64,000 bases of DNA from Okamejei kenojei (taxonomy: Eukaryota), in assembly GCA_035221665.1 (NCBI GenBank), contig CM069160.1, positions 15,252,001-15,316,000 on the forward strand. Direction: 5' to 3'. Positions 12,556 to 22,661 of this stretch are shown here, one piece after another. A program made the translations under genes and the position numbers. Numbering within the stretch: position 1 is the stretch's first letter; every line of letters begins with the position of its first letter. Below the pieces are notes generated by a model, which worked only from the letters and a program-made list of their open reading frames with translations, was not told the origin of the DNA and did not search any database.

Positions 12556-13774
12556 GTAAGTGACCACTCCGCTATCTCCAGGGCAGCGGGAGGGCGAATC
12601 AGACCCACAGCCCGCGACAGAAGTTAAAAAATAAATGAATGAGTGAGTGAATGAGTGCTATTATCAAATGCCCGTATTTATGGTCACTAGATTTCCATGC
12701 TGTATCCTTCAATCAATCAAATCGACTGAGAAAGAGATGTGACTGATCCATAAAACTAGTCGATTAAAAACAAGGTATTTCCTCAGGCAACCACATCCAA
12801 AGGCATGTCGCATCTATGGTGTAGGAAGGCATGAAATCCTGGAGGGCGTGTGTGTCCCCCGTCCCTCCCATGTTTTGAGAGGTGGTGGACATTCCCCCCC
12901 CCCCCCCCCCCCCCCTCCCCACCCCCCCCCCCCCCATGTTTTGTAATCTGGATTTTGAATTTCGGTGAAAAAAAAAATAAAATCTCCGCTTCCACAAGAC
13001 AGTGGGGGTGTCACTGTTAAGCACTTGTTAAATGTCTTATTAACATCGTATTATCATGCTGTGTCATCATGTAAATTGTTCGTTCTAGGCTTCCCCCCAG
13101 TCTAGTTTCAGTCAGAAACACTGAATCAAGCACTTGAACAACTAATCTTTATTTTAACGAAGCGCAATTACAGTTCAACCACTGTACCTATCCCACCGCG
13201 GGTTAGATCCTCCTATCTGCCTGATCAAGCCCTCTGGGCCTCGCTCAAGCAGAGACACTCCAGAGGGTCACATAGTGTAGATGCGGCAAGTTGGATGTGG
13301 AATTCTCTTCCTCAGTCTGTGGAATTCTCTGCCTCAGAGGTGGAGGCAGGTGGAGGCAGGTTCTCTGGATGCTTTCAAGAGAGAGCTAGATAGGGCTCTT
13401 AAAGATAGCGGAGTCAGGGGATATGGGGAGAAGGCAGGAACTGGGTACTGATTGGGGATGATCAGCCATGATCACATTGAATGGCGGTATTGGTACGAAG
13501 GGCCGAATGGCCTACTCCTGCACCTATTGTCTATTGTTGGTCGGTGTGGGCAAGTTGGGCTGGGGGGGGGGGGGGGGGTGGGGGGGGGGGGGGCTGTTTC
13601 CACGCTGTGCCACTCTGTGACTGTACACAAGAGGACACAAAGTGCTGGAGTAGCTCAGCAGGCCAGTCAGCATCTCTGGAGAACATGGACAGGCGAGGTC
13701 TCTGGTCGGGCCCGTGAGGGACCGTGTAACCAGCGGGTCCCAAGTACCAAGTAGACTTTGCTTGCCGCCCGCAG

Positions 13775-14113
13775 GTGTTGTCGCTGAGAAGATCGTGGTC
13801 ATTCAGGACACGTCCACCATTGTGGCCACTGAAGGTGACACGGTGATTGTCCCGTGTAGTCACAACGCCACGGATCACATATGGGCGAACCGTTGGTTCA
13901 AGGGAGCCACAAACGGGATGTCTGTTTCCAATTATACCGGAGAATACAGAGGTCGTGTATTCAGACTCAAAGCGCCGGATGCACCGTCTACAGACATGGA
14001 CGCTTCTATACAATTGAATAACGTGCGGATTGACGATTCCGGTCTGTACGTCTGTCAGGTGGAAACTATGATGAGCGAGGTATATGGGACAGGGACGTAT
14101 CTCACGGTGAACG
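13775..14113 (+). CDS. Ig V-set exon V1b with germline J-like G strand (NKp30/NCR3-like), intact
   Basis: 339 nt, phase 1/1, ccgcag|...G|gtaagt; ATEGDTVIVPC...RWFK...YRGRV...ASIQLNNVRIDDSGLYVCQV...YGTGTYLTVN has the canonical C, W, DxGxYxC and GxGTxLxV. Confidence 0.92.
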
Positions 14114-14532
14114 GTAAGTGACCACTCCGCTATCTCCAGGGCAGCGGGAGGGCGAATCAGACCCACAGCCCGCGACAGAAGTTAAAAAATAAATGAGTGA
14201 GTGAGTGAATGAGTGCTATTATCAAATGCCCGTATTTATGGTCACTAGATTTCCATGCTGTATCCTTCAATCAATCAAATCGAGTGAGAGATGTGACTGA
14301 TCCATAAAACTAGTCGATTAAAAACAAGGTATTTCCTCAGGGCAACGACATCCCAAAGCATGTTGCATCTACAGTGTAGGAAGGCATGAAATCCTGGAGG
14401 GCCCCCCCCCCCCCCCCCCCCCCCATGTTTTGAGAGGTGGGGGACAATCCCCCCCAGGTTTTGTACTTGGATTTTGAATTTCATCTCCGCTTTCCACAGG
14501 ACAGTTGTGGATCGTATTAACATGATGTGTCA

Positions 14533-15875
14533 TGTAAATTGTTCGAGTTCTAGGCTCTCCCCAGTCTAGTTTCAGTCAGAAACACTGAATCAGCACTTGA
14601 ACAACTAATCTTTATTTGAACAAAGGCGATTACAGTTCCTGTACCCTCTAGGCCTCGAAGCAGAGGACTCTCCAGAGGGTCACACAGTCCCAAGCAAAGA
14701 TCCTGTAGTGAGCAAAATGTCCCCCTGTTAAATCCAATGGGCTGACGTGTAGTACACAATGGAGCGGAACGTGGGCCATTTCTTCGGCCATTTCAGTAAC
14801 TCGACCCGACTTTGTATGTCCCTCTCGCAGTGTAATCAGCATTGCGGGGGAACAGTTTGTAGGTGTGATATATGGTTAGATTCATAATTCATAATTTTGT
14901 CAATTCATAATTGTTATATTTTGTTAATGATTAATATGTTAATAAATTATAATTCTGTTAAAAATACATTGCAATTCTCCCCGCAACTTTAGCCTGGCAT
15001 CCCAGCCATGCTGATCCCGGCCAGACTTCCCAGACGCTGTGGAAAGAGCATACGCACCTTTTTGCTTTTTATTGTGAGGCAGAGAGGCAGAAAGAAAATG
15101 AGGAGAAGATTTTTACCAAAGATCTTTGATTTTTATGAGGATGTTTCCGTAACCAGCTTCCGTCTCCGCACTAGTACCTTTGCTCCGCTATGGGATCTTT
15201 GGTGCGTAGATGGAAGCCGGTTATGGAAATGGGACCGATGATTACCCATGACTCTGCCCATGACCCTACTACGTCTTTTTCGTCGAGTGGACTATCTTGC
15301 TCGCTATAGGATCTTTAGTCCCAAGCGCTCTCCCAGAAGGTCGATGCGGGGCCTAGCGCAGCAGACTTTTATATGTCCCGGGACCTCGATGGGCCGAACC
15401 AAACGGGGGTGGTATCTTAATAATCCAATTACGGATATCGATTAACCTCATACATAACAGACATTTCCCTAACCCAATAATACAGCGGCTAAAACAATGT
15501 ATTCAAACCGAACTTCTCAAGGAAGCCAACTTCAAAACATTTACCCTGATCTGCAAGAAACCCGGACAAGGCTCAATACCTCATACAATCAACACTCGGC
15601 ATACCCAAACATTATTTACAATTAATTACAATGTGTATGTCTGGTTTGCAGCCATCCAATCCTTTCTATGAATTTTGCATCTAATTGACAGGGTCTGCAG
15701 ATGTTCTTATTCTTTTCTTGCAACTTGTATCTAGGCTCTAGACACACTGGCACCACTCCGCAGCTTGTCCCAACCCTGCAGAGAGAAATTCCAAATTGAC
15801 CAAATCTCCCAGCAGCCCTGAGGCTTTTACCCCATTTTAATGTCCTATCCTCTCAAATTTGGCCAGGATTAACAG
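14533..15875 (-). mobile_element. Solo LTR-like element (TG...CA) with a nested MITE; copy at 61338-62688 on +
   Basis: In the 61338-62688 copy: TGTT start, TATAAAA at ~61839, AATAAA at ~62605, ...tttaCA end. Confidence 0.5.
14695..15317. mobile_element. MITE with ~21-bp TIRs and an 8-bp TSD (P- or hAT-superfamily); copy at 61895-62521
   Basis: caaagatcctgtagtgagcaa ... ttgctcgctataggatcttta; gtcccaag duplicated at 14687-14694 and 15318-15325. Confidence 0.85.
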
Positions 15876-16639
15876 GGGTGTCACTGTTAAGCGCTTGTTA
15901 AATGTCTCTATTAACATCGTATTAACATGATGTGTCAACAATTGTGTTTGAAAACTGTCTGATGTGGGTAGAATTACCATTTGAACTAATTGGATGTATT
16001 GGTGGATGGGAAAGATTTAAACGGGTATCAGATTTAAACGGGTTAGGTTATTAAGGAATCCAGTCAAATGGGTTTCCTGGTTGGCTTGCAGGTAAGTCCC
16101 TCATTCAGGTCACTCATGTTATTTAGTATTTTTTTCCCCATTCTCTCTCTCTCCCCCCCCCCCCCCCCACCACCATCAAGTTGGTTCTTCTGTTTGCCTT
16201 TATTTGCTTCAGTTTTATTTGATTAGGCGTTATGCATCACATTGTAGCTTTTGAAAGATCCAAGCAGGTATCAGACGCTTCCTAAGGGCTGAATCGGCCC
16301 ATTTGCGGGGCCTTTTATCACCAGGCATGGCTTAAAATCAAACTGCTGCATCTAGGCGATCAAGGCTCCCGGTGTTGAAGCCCTCGCCAGCCGATTTTAA
16401 GCCGCGCCGGGCGATGAAAGGCCCCGCGAATGGGCCAACTCAAGCCCCACGATTCGGGGCAGATGAAGCTGCTGTTGCTGGAGTTCAGAGTCGGTCACCA
16501 ATCAGGTCAGCTCCCGATGTTACCGTCCACAGGGCCCATGGCCGAAACCTCGCACATGTGTGTGTGCGTGTGCGCGTGGCCGCTAAGAAATTGTGTCCGC
16601 CCCCCGTGTTTTGACAGTAAATTCCGCCTCCTAAGGAGG

Positions 16640-16895
16640 GGACTGCAGATGCTGGTTTACACCGAAGACAGACACAAAAAAACTGGAGTAACTCAACGGA
16701 TCAGGCAGCGTCTCCGGAGAGAAGGAATATGTGACATTTCAGGTCGAGACCCTTCTTCAGACTGACCTTCAGACTGAAGAAGGATCTCGACCAGAAACGT
16801 CGCCCATTCCTTCTCTCCATAGATACTGTCTCACCCGCTGAGTTTCTCCTGCATTTTGTGTCTACCTTCGATATCACAAGCATCTGCAGTTCTTT
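16640..16895. mobile_element. Palindromic Penelope pLTR-derived element with two opposed hammerhead-like cores (16733-16760 on -, 16774-16801 on +)
   Basis: Inverted halves ctgcagatgct..gagacccttcttcag | ctgaagaaggatctcgaccagaaacgtc..agcatctgcag. Confidence 0.7.
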
Positions 16896-16904
16896 CTTTA
16901 AATT

Positions 16905-17705
16905 AATAGTTTTTTATTGGAGCGGAAAAAAAAAATTCACAGTACATCTGATGTATAGCATTACATTTTCCTCCATTTTGTTTTTTTATAAATAATAATA
17001 ATAATAATATAAACAAATTAATCCTAACCCACCCTCCCTAAATGCCCCTTGGCAGCTTATTTTTTCACAATCCAAATATATTACAAAATCAAATGCACTT
17101 TTTAACAATAATAAATTAACAAAACAAAATAAAGGCAGATCCCCACTTAATGTCAAGTGCCCTCAGTCAACAGGTAGTTCCTTTAGACCCTCAAAGTATG
17201 ATAAAAAGGGTTCCCATTTCAAATAAAACTTTTTCACAGACCCCCTCAATGTGAATTTAATCTTTTCTAACCTTAAAAAAAATAAGACGTCTTCCAGCCA
17301 AGCAGCGGCAGATGGAGGACTGTTAGATTTCCAGATCAGCAAGATTCTCCTACAGGCCAAAAGTGATGTAAATGTAATGATATCAGACTGGGTTGTATTT
17401 AAACCCAAGGTTTTATCTGCTACACCAAATACAGCTACAAGCGGGCAAGGTCTCACTGTCATCCCAAGGACTTCACTGATGGTTTTAAAAACCACTGCCC
17501 AGTAGTTAACAAGTTTGGGGCAAGACAAGAATGCATGAGCTAGATTGGCTGGAGAGAACGAGCACCTGTCACAGCCAGCGTCCATCCCTGGATATATGTT
17601 AGCAAGCCTGGCTTTGCTTAAATGAACCCTGTGTAAAACTTTAAATTGTATGAGCCCCAATCTAGCACATGATGACGAGGAGTGGACTTTCTTTCTTAAA
17701 CGAGA
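16905..17705 (-). mobile_element. L1/Tx1-clade LINE 3' end
   Basis: ORF 17163..17660 LIQFKVLHR...CDRC.....LAHAF..C...LEKIK...WEPF; A-rich tail; copy at 60070-60850. Confidence 0.88.
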
Positions 17706-17820
17706 AGGAATGGGTGATGATTTGACGTTGGATCAAAGAAACAGCGTTGAGTTACTCCAGCGTTTAGTGTTTATCTTCGGTCCAACAGGGGGCATTGATG
17801 CTCTGCTTTTTATTTCGCAG

Positions 17821-18118
17821 CTGGAAGAAACAAGTTCTTCACCGTGAAGCAAGGCCAGTCCAGAATAGTCGCGGATGAGGGCCAAGCTGTCCTCATGAGC
17901 TGTACCCACAATGCCAATCGCTCTAGAGGTGCCAGCGAGTACAGCTGGCACAAGGATGGCAAACAAGTCTCCAATGAAACTCAGGAGTACGCAGGCCGTG
18001 TAATCGGGCCGATCCAAGATGACTCTTTCAACCCTTCTATACAACTGGTGGATGTGAGGCAGAGTGATTCTGGAGATTACTACTGCAAGGTGCGGATAGA
18101 AGGACTCGGTGCAGGCAG
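17821..18118 (+). CDS. Ig V-set exon V2, copy A; 3' end and splice donor missing as assembled
   Basis: tttttatttcgcag| acceptor, phase 1; FTVKQGQSRIVADEGQAVLMSC...YSWHKDG...YAGRV...SIQLVDVRQSDSGDYYCKVRIEGLG, then runs directly into the microsatellite. Confidence 0.85.
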
Positions 18119-18533
18119 TCAAGTCAAGTCAAGTCTAGTCGTCATGTCAAGTCTAGTAGTCAAGTCAAGTCAAGTCATGTCAAGTCTAGTCAAGTCAAGT
18201 CAGTCAAGTCGTCAAGTCATGTCAAGTCAGTCTCAAGTCAAGTCATGTCAAGTCAAGTCAGTCATGTCAAGTTAGTCATGTCAGTCTAGTCAAGTCTAGT
18301 CAAGTCATGTCAAGTCTCAAGTCAAGTCATGTCAAGTCAAGTCTAGTCATGTCAAGTCTAGTCAAGTCTAGTCAGGTCATGTCAAGTCATGTCAAGTCTA
18401 GTCAAGTCTAATGAAGTCGTCAAGTCATGTCAAGTCTAGTCATGTCTAGTCAAGTCACGTCAAGTCAAGTCTAGTCTAGTCATGTCAAGTCATGTCAAGT
18501 CTAGTCATGTCAAGTCAAGTCTAGTCATGTCAA
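18118..18533. repeat. Compound pentanucleotide microsatellite (GTCAA/GTCTA/GTCAT)n; inverted copy at 59270-59563
   Basis: Direct reading. Confidence 0.95.
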
Positions 18534-18671
18534 GGCTTTGTGTGCAGTCCAGCACCCGGGCCAACTCATCATTCACCCAGCCACGGCCGAGTCGGTCAAC
18601 GGATTGCCGTCGGGAATTTGTTCCATATTTTGTCCCTTATTTGGGAATGGGAAAGTTGGCAATCCTAGGAG

Positions 18672-19530
18672 ATAATAGACAATAGGTGCAGGAGTAGGCC
18701 ATACGGCCCTTCGAGCTAGCACCTACATTCAATGTCATCATGGCTGATCATCCCCAATCAGTACCCCGTTCCTGCCCTCTCCCCATATCACTTGACTCCG
18801 CTATTTTTAAGAGCCCTATCAAGCTCTCTCTTGAAAGTATCCAGAGAACTGGCCTCCAACGCCCTCTGAGGCAGAGAATTCCACAGACTCACAACTCTGG
18901 GTGAAAAAGTGTTTCCCCTTCTCGGTTCTAAATGGCTTACCCCTTATTCTTAAACAGTGGCCCCTGGTTCTGGACTCCCCCAACATTGGGAACATGTTTC
19001 CTGCCTCTAGCGTGTCCAAACCCTTAATAATCTTATATGTTTCAATAAGATTCCCTCTCATCCTTCTAAGCTCCAGAGTATACAAGCCCAGCCACTCCAG
19101 GCAAGCCTGTAGATTGTAAACCCAGTTATTGGCCACGTGGAGTCTTAGAACACGGAAACATCCCAAAGTCGAGTGGAAAATGGGCACAAAATGCCAGAGT
19201 AACTGGAGTATAGGGAAGAGGTTGATCTAGGATTGCAGGTGCATGTTTAATTTAGAGTGTAGTCACAATTAGATATGGTGACCAAAACAGCCTTTGGCAC
19301 GTTGGCCTTCATCAGTCAGAGTATTGAGTATAAAAGTTGGGATGTCATGTTGCAGTTGTATAAGACGTTGGTGAGACCGCATTTAGAATATTGTGTTCAG
19401 TTCTGGGCACCATGTTATAGGAAAGATGTTGTCAAGCTGGATAGGGTACAGAGAAGATTTACCAGGATGTTGCCAGGACTAGACGGTGTGAGCTATAGGG
19501 AAAGGTTGAGTAGGCTGGGACTCTACATGT
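18672..19530. mobile_element. CR1/HER1 LINE fragments (minus 18672-19100; plus ~19200-19530)
   Basis: LGLYTLELRRMRGNLIETYKI; [19 protein letters not shown]. Confidence 0.85.
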
Positions 19531-20388
19531 TCTTCCCATGTTCTGAGAGGTGGGGATAAAAATCCATATTTTGAAATTTGTTGAAAAAAAATCTATTAAA
19601 ATCTCCGCTTTCCGCAGACATGGGGGTGTCACTGTTAAGCGCTTGTTAAATGTCTCTGTTAACATCATCTTAGCACGATGTGTCACCAATTGTGTTTTCA
19701 CCTTCAAGTATTTCTGAAGATATTCACGGAGAATTTATTAAAGTTGTCGGATGCGAGTACAATTACCATTTGAACTAATTGGATGTATTGGTGGATGGGA
19801 AAGATTTAAATGGGTATCAGATTTAAACGGGTTAGGTCATTAAGGGATCCGGTCAAACGGGTGTCCTGGCTGGCTTACAGGTAAGTCCCTCATTCACGGT
19901 TACTCACGTTATTTAGTATGTTTTTACCATCGCTCTCTCTCTCCCCCCTCCAAGGTTGGTTCTTCTGTTTTCCTTTATTTGCTTCAGTTTTATTTGTTTA
20001 AGTGTTATTTATCACATTGTAACTTTTGAAAGATTCAAGCGGGAATCACACGCTTTCTAAGTGCTGAGTGTGTCTTTGCTTACTGAATAAAGTATTTACA
20101 ATATAAAAAATATAAGAAAAATGTTTTAAAAAAAACGACGTACAGGTTTGTAGGCTAATTGGCTTGGTGTAATTCTAAATCGTCCCTAGTGTGCAGGGAT
20201 TACTGGTCCACACAGACTCGGTGGGCCGAATGTTCTGTCTCTCTGCTGCACCTCAGAACTAAGCTAAACTAACATTTAGCCTATAGGTGAACCTCCCTGT
20301 TTCAGGTCATCTGTTGCCAGCCCAGATTTATCCTGGTCTTTTCTTGCTTCCAGTGCCACCCTCCCCACCCCTTCCTTCAACAATCAGT

Positions 20389-20416
20389 CTGAAGAAGGGT
20401 CCCGACCTGAAACGTC
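20389..20416 (+). ncRNA. Hammerhead-like core in a Penelope pLTR fragment
   Basis: ctgaagaagggtcccgacctgaaacgtc followed by acc. Confidence 0.5.
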
Positions 20417-20631
20417 ACCTACCCATTTTCTCCAGTGGTGCTGCCTGTCCCACTGAGTTACTCAGACAATGTTGTGCCTATCTTGGGTTAAAAACCAGCA
20501 TCTGCAGTTCATTTACATCACAATGATAAACTGTTCAGATCTGCCTGCATTTAGCTGTGTGCTGGACTGACATTGAGGGGCCGAATGGCCTGTTGCTGTT
20601 GGCAGGTTCTGAGCTGTTGTCTTCTCCACAG

Positions 20632-20742
20632 GGAAGATAAGTGTCACCATTCGCCTGCGGATCCTGGCATTGTTGGTCGCGTTGGAAGGCTGCATCCTTC
20701 TCGTCATAATGCTCCTCGTCAGGCAATCCCGCCAAGACAAAC
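20632..20742 (+). CDS. Transmembrane exon of the Ig receptor
   Basis: ttgtcttctccacag| acceptor, C|gtaagg donor, phase 1/1; KISVTIRLRILALLVALEGCILLVIMLLVRQSRQDK is a 20-aa hydrophobic helix followed by basic residues. Confidence 0.8.
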
Positions 20743-20865
20743 GTAAGGACAATGAGCTATGTAACTCTCTGACCAGACGAACTGGGTGGGTCAGTGTGTC
20801 TCACACTATCCATATTCCCTCTGGGACTGGATGGGACAGTGTGTCACACACTATGGTTTGTGTAA

Positions 20866-21305
20866 CTAGAGGGTGTGAGCTATCGGGAGAGGTTGAGCAG
20901 GCTGGGTCTCTATTCCTTCGAGCGCAGGAGGATGAGGGGTGATCGTATAGAGGTGGATGAAATCATGAGAGGCATAGATTGGGAGTCTCTTGCCCAGAGT
21001 AGGGGAATTGAGGACCAGAGGACATAGGTTCAAGGTGAAGGGGAAAAGATTTAACAGGAATCTGAGGGGTAACCTTTTCACACAAAGGGTGGTGGGTGTA
21101 TGGAGCAAGCTGCTAGAGGAGGTAGTTGAGGCTGGGACTATCCCAACGTTTAAGAAACAGTTGGACAGGTACATAGATAGGACAGGTTTGGAGGGATATG
21201 GACCAAGCGTAGGCAGGTGGGACCAGTGTAGCTGGGACATGTTGGCCGGTCTGGGCAAGTTAGACCAAAGGGCCTGTTTCCATACTGTATCACTCTATGA
21301 CTGTA
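20866..21305 (+). mobile_element. CR1 LINE 3' fragment
   Basis: RTRGHRFKVKGKRF...FTQRVVGVWSKL. Confidence 0.85.
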
Positions 21306-21530
21306 ATATGACTCTAATTAAGATGATTGGATTTTTTGTTTTCTCAAGAATGCCAGAAATTGAGGGGAGATCTTATGGGACATAGAAGAGAGAAGAATTT
21401 AGCACATGAATGGGCCCTTAGTTCAGCCCACAATGTTTGTGTCAAGTATGATGCCTGGTTAAACTGGTTCCATCTGCCTGTTCCTTGTGTCTCTAATAGT
21501 ATATTTTCTCATTTTATCATTCTTTCACAG

Positions 21531-21549
21531 GTACTAATCTGGATCAAAG
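21531..21549 (+). CDS. Possible short cytoplasmic exon
   Basis: Strong acceptor attttatcattctttcacag| in phase with the TM exon (RTNLDQ), possible AG|gtgggt donor; no homology support. Confidence 0.35.
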
Positions 21550-21589
21550 GTGGGTAGTTGCTACATACTTTAAAATTCAGTGTAACATT

Positions 21590-21932
21590 CCCTCTTCTCC
21601 CCTCTCCCATCAGGCAAGAGGTACAGAAGTGTGAAAACGCACACCTCCAGATTCAGGGACCGTTTCTTCCCAGCTGTTCAGGCAACTGAATCATCGTACC
21701 ACAACCAGAGAGCAGTGCTGAACTCCTATCTACCCCATTGGCAACACTCGGACAAGCCTTGATCGGACTTGGCTGGCTTTACTTTGCACAAAACCTCATT
21801 CTATTACCATGTATCTGTATACTGTAAATGGGTTGATTGTAATCATGTGTTGTCTTTCTGCTGACTGGTTAGCAGGCGGCAAAAAGCTTTTAACTGTACC
21901 TCAGTACACGTGACAATAAACTGAACTGAACT
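21590..21932 (+). mobile_element. Rex1/Babar LINE 3' fragment
   Basis: PSGKRYRSVKTHTSRFRDRFFPAV motif; (aactg)n tail. Confidence 0.7.
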
Positions 21933-22661
21933 AAGGATTGAGTATAATTGTTGTGTAAAAGGGCATATGCAGAGATAATTGTTCTCTCTTTTGACACCAG
22001 CTGCTGGAGTAACTCAACGGGTCAGGCAGCACCTCTGGAGGAAAGGAAAGTAATAGGTGACATTTCAGGTTGCGATCCATCTTTGGTTTTAATGTTTTTA
22101 TTGGAAGCATTTGTACAATTCCTTCTGCAGTTGTCCAGAGCCCTAGTGAGGCCACACCTGGAGTATGTCTGAGCAGTTTTGGTCTCCTAATTTGAGGAAG
22201 CACATTCTTGCTATTGAGGGAGTGCAGCGTAGGTTCACCAGGTTAATTCCCGGGATGGCGGAACTGTCATATGCTGAGAAAATGGAGCAGCTGGGCTTGT
22301 ACACACTGGAGTTTAGAAGGATGAGAGGGTATCTCATTAAAACGTATGACATTGTTAAGGGCTTGGCCACACTAGAAGAAGGAAACATGTTCCCGATGTT
22401 GGGGGAGTCCAGAACCAGGGGCCCCTGTTTGAGAATAAGGAGTAGGCCATTTAGAACGGAGACAAGGAAACACTTTTTCTCACAGAGAGTTGATGAGTCT
22501 GTGGAATTCTCTGCCTCAAAGGGCGGTGGAGGCCGGTTCTCTGGATGCTTTCAAGAGAGTGCTATAGAAACATAGAAACATAGAAATTAGGTGCAGGAGT
22601 AGGCCATTCAGCCCTTCGAGCCTGCACCGCCATTCAATATGATCATGGCTGATCATCCAAC

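Larger units (their letters stand above)
11824..14690 (+). repeat. Tandem duplication of ~1.45 kb carrying V1 (units start ~11824 and ~13273)
   Basis: Both units begin tagtgt(a)agatgcggcaagttggat and share exon and intron sequence. Confidence 0.85.

Noticed and set aside
13531-14166. 211-aa antisense ORF (and 63140..63763)
   Set aside because: Shadow of the V exon plus repeats; no independent features
14164-14191. RSS-like CACAGCC-12 bp-TAAAAAATA downstream of V1
   Set aside because: Poor heptamer and nonamer, 50 bp into the intron, and the exon already has a J-like strand and a splice donor; no D or J segments seen, so this is not a rearranging locus
15008-15445. ORFs conserved between the two copies
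   Set aside because: They span MITE and LTR sequence; identity only reflects the recent duplication
16040-16097. Strong CAG|GTAAGT donor, repeated at 19880
   Set aside because: Lies within a dispersed repeat present twice; no convincing acceptor or reading frame
14378-16633. Possible hAT-like element enclosing the LTR and MITE (tagga..ggc / gcctccta ends)
   Set aside because: TIR match is weak and no TSD was found; it is a repeat, but the class cannot be supported
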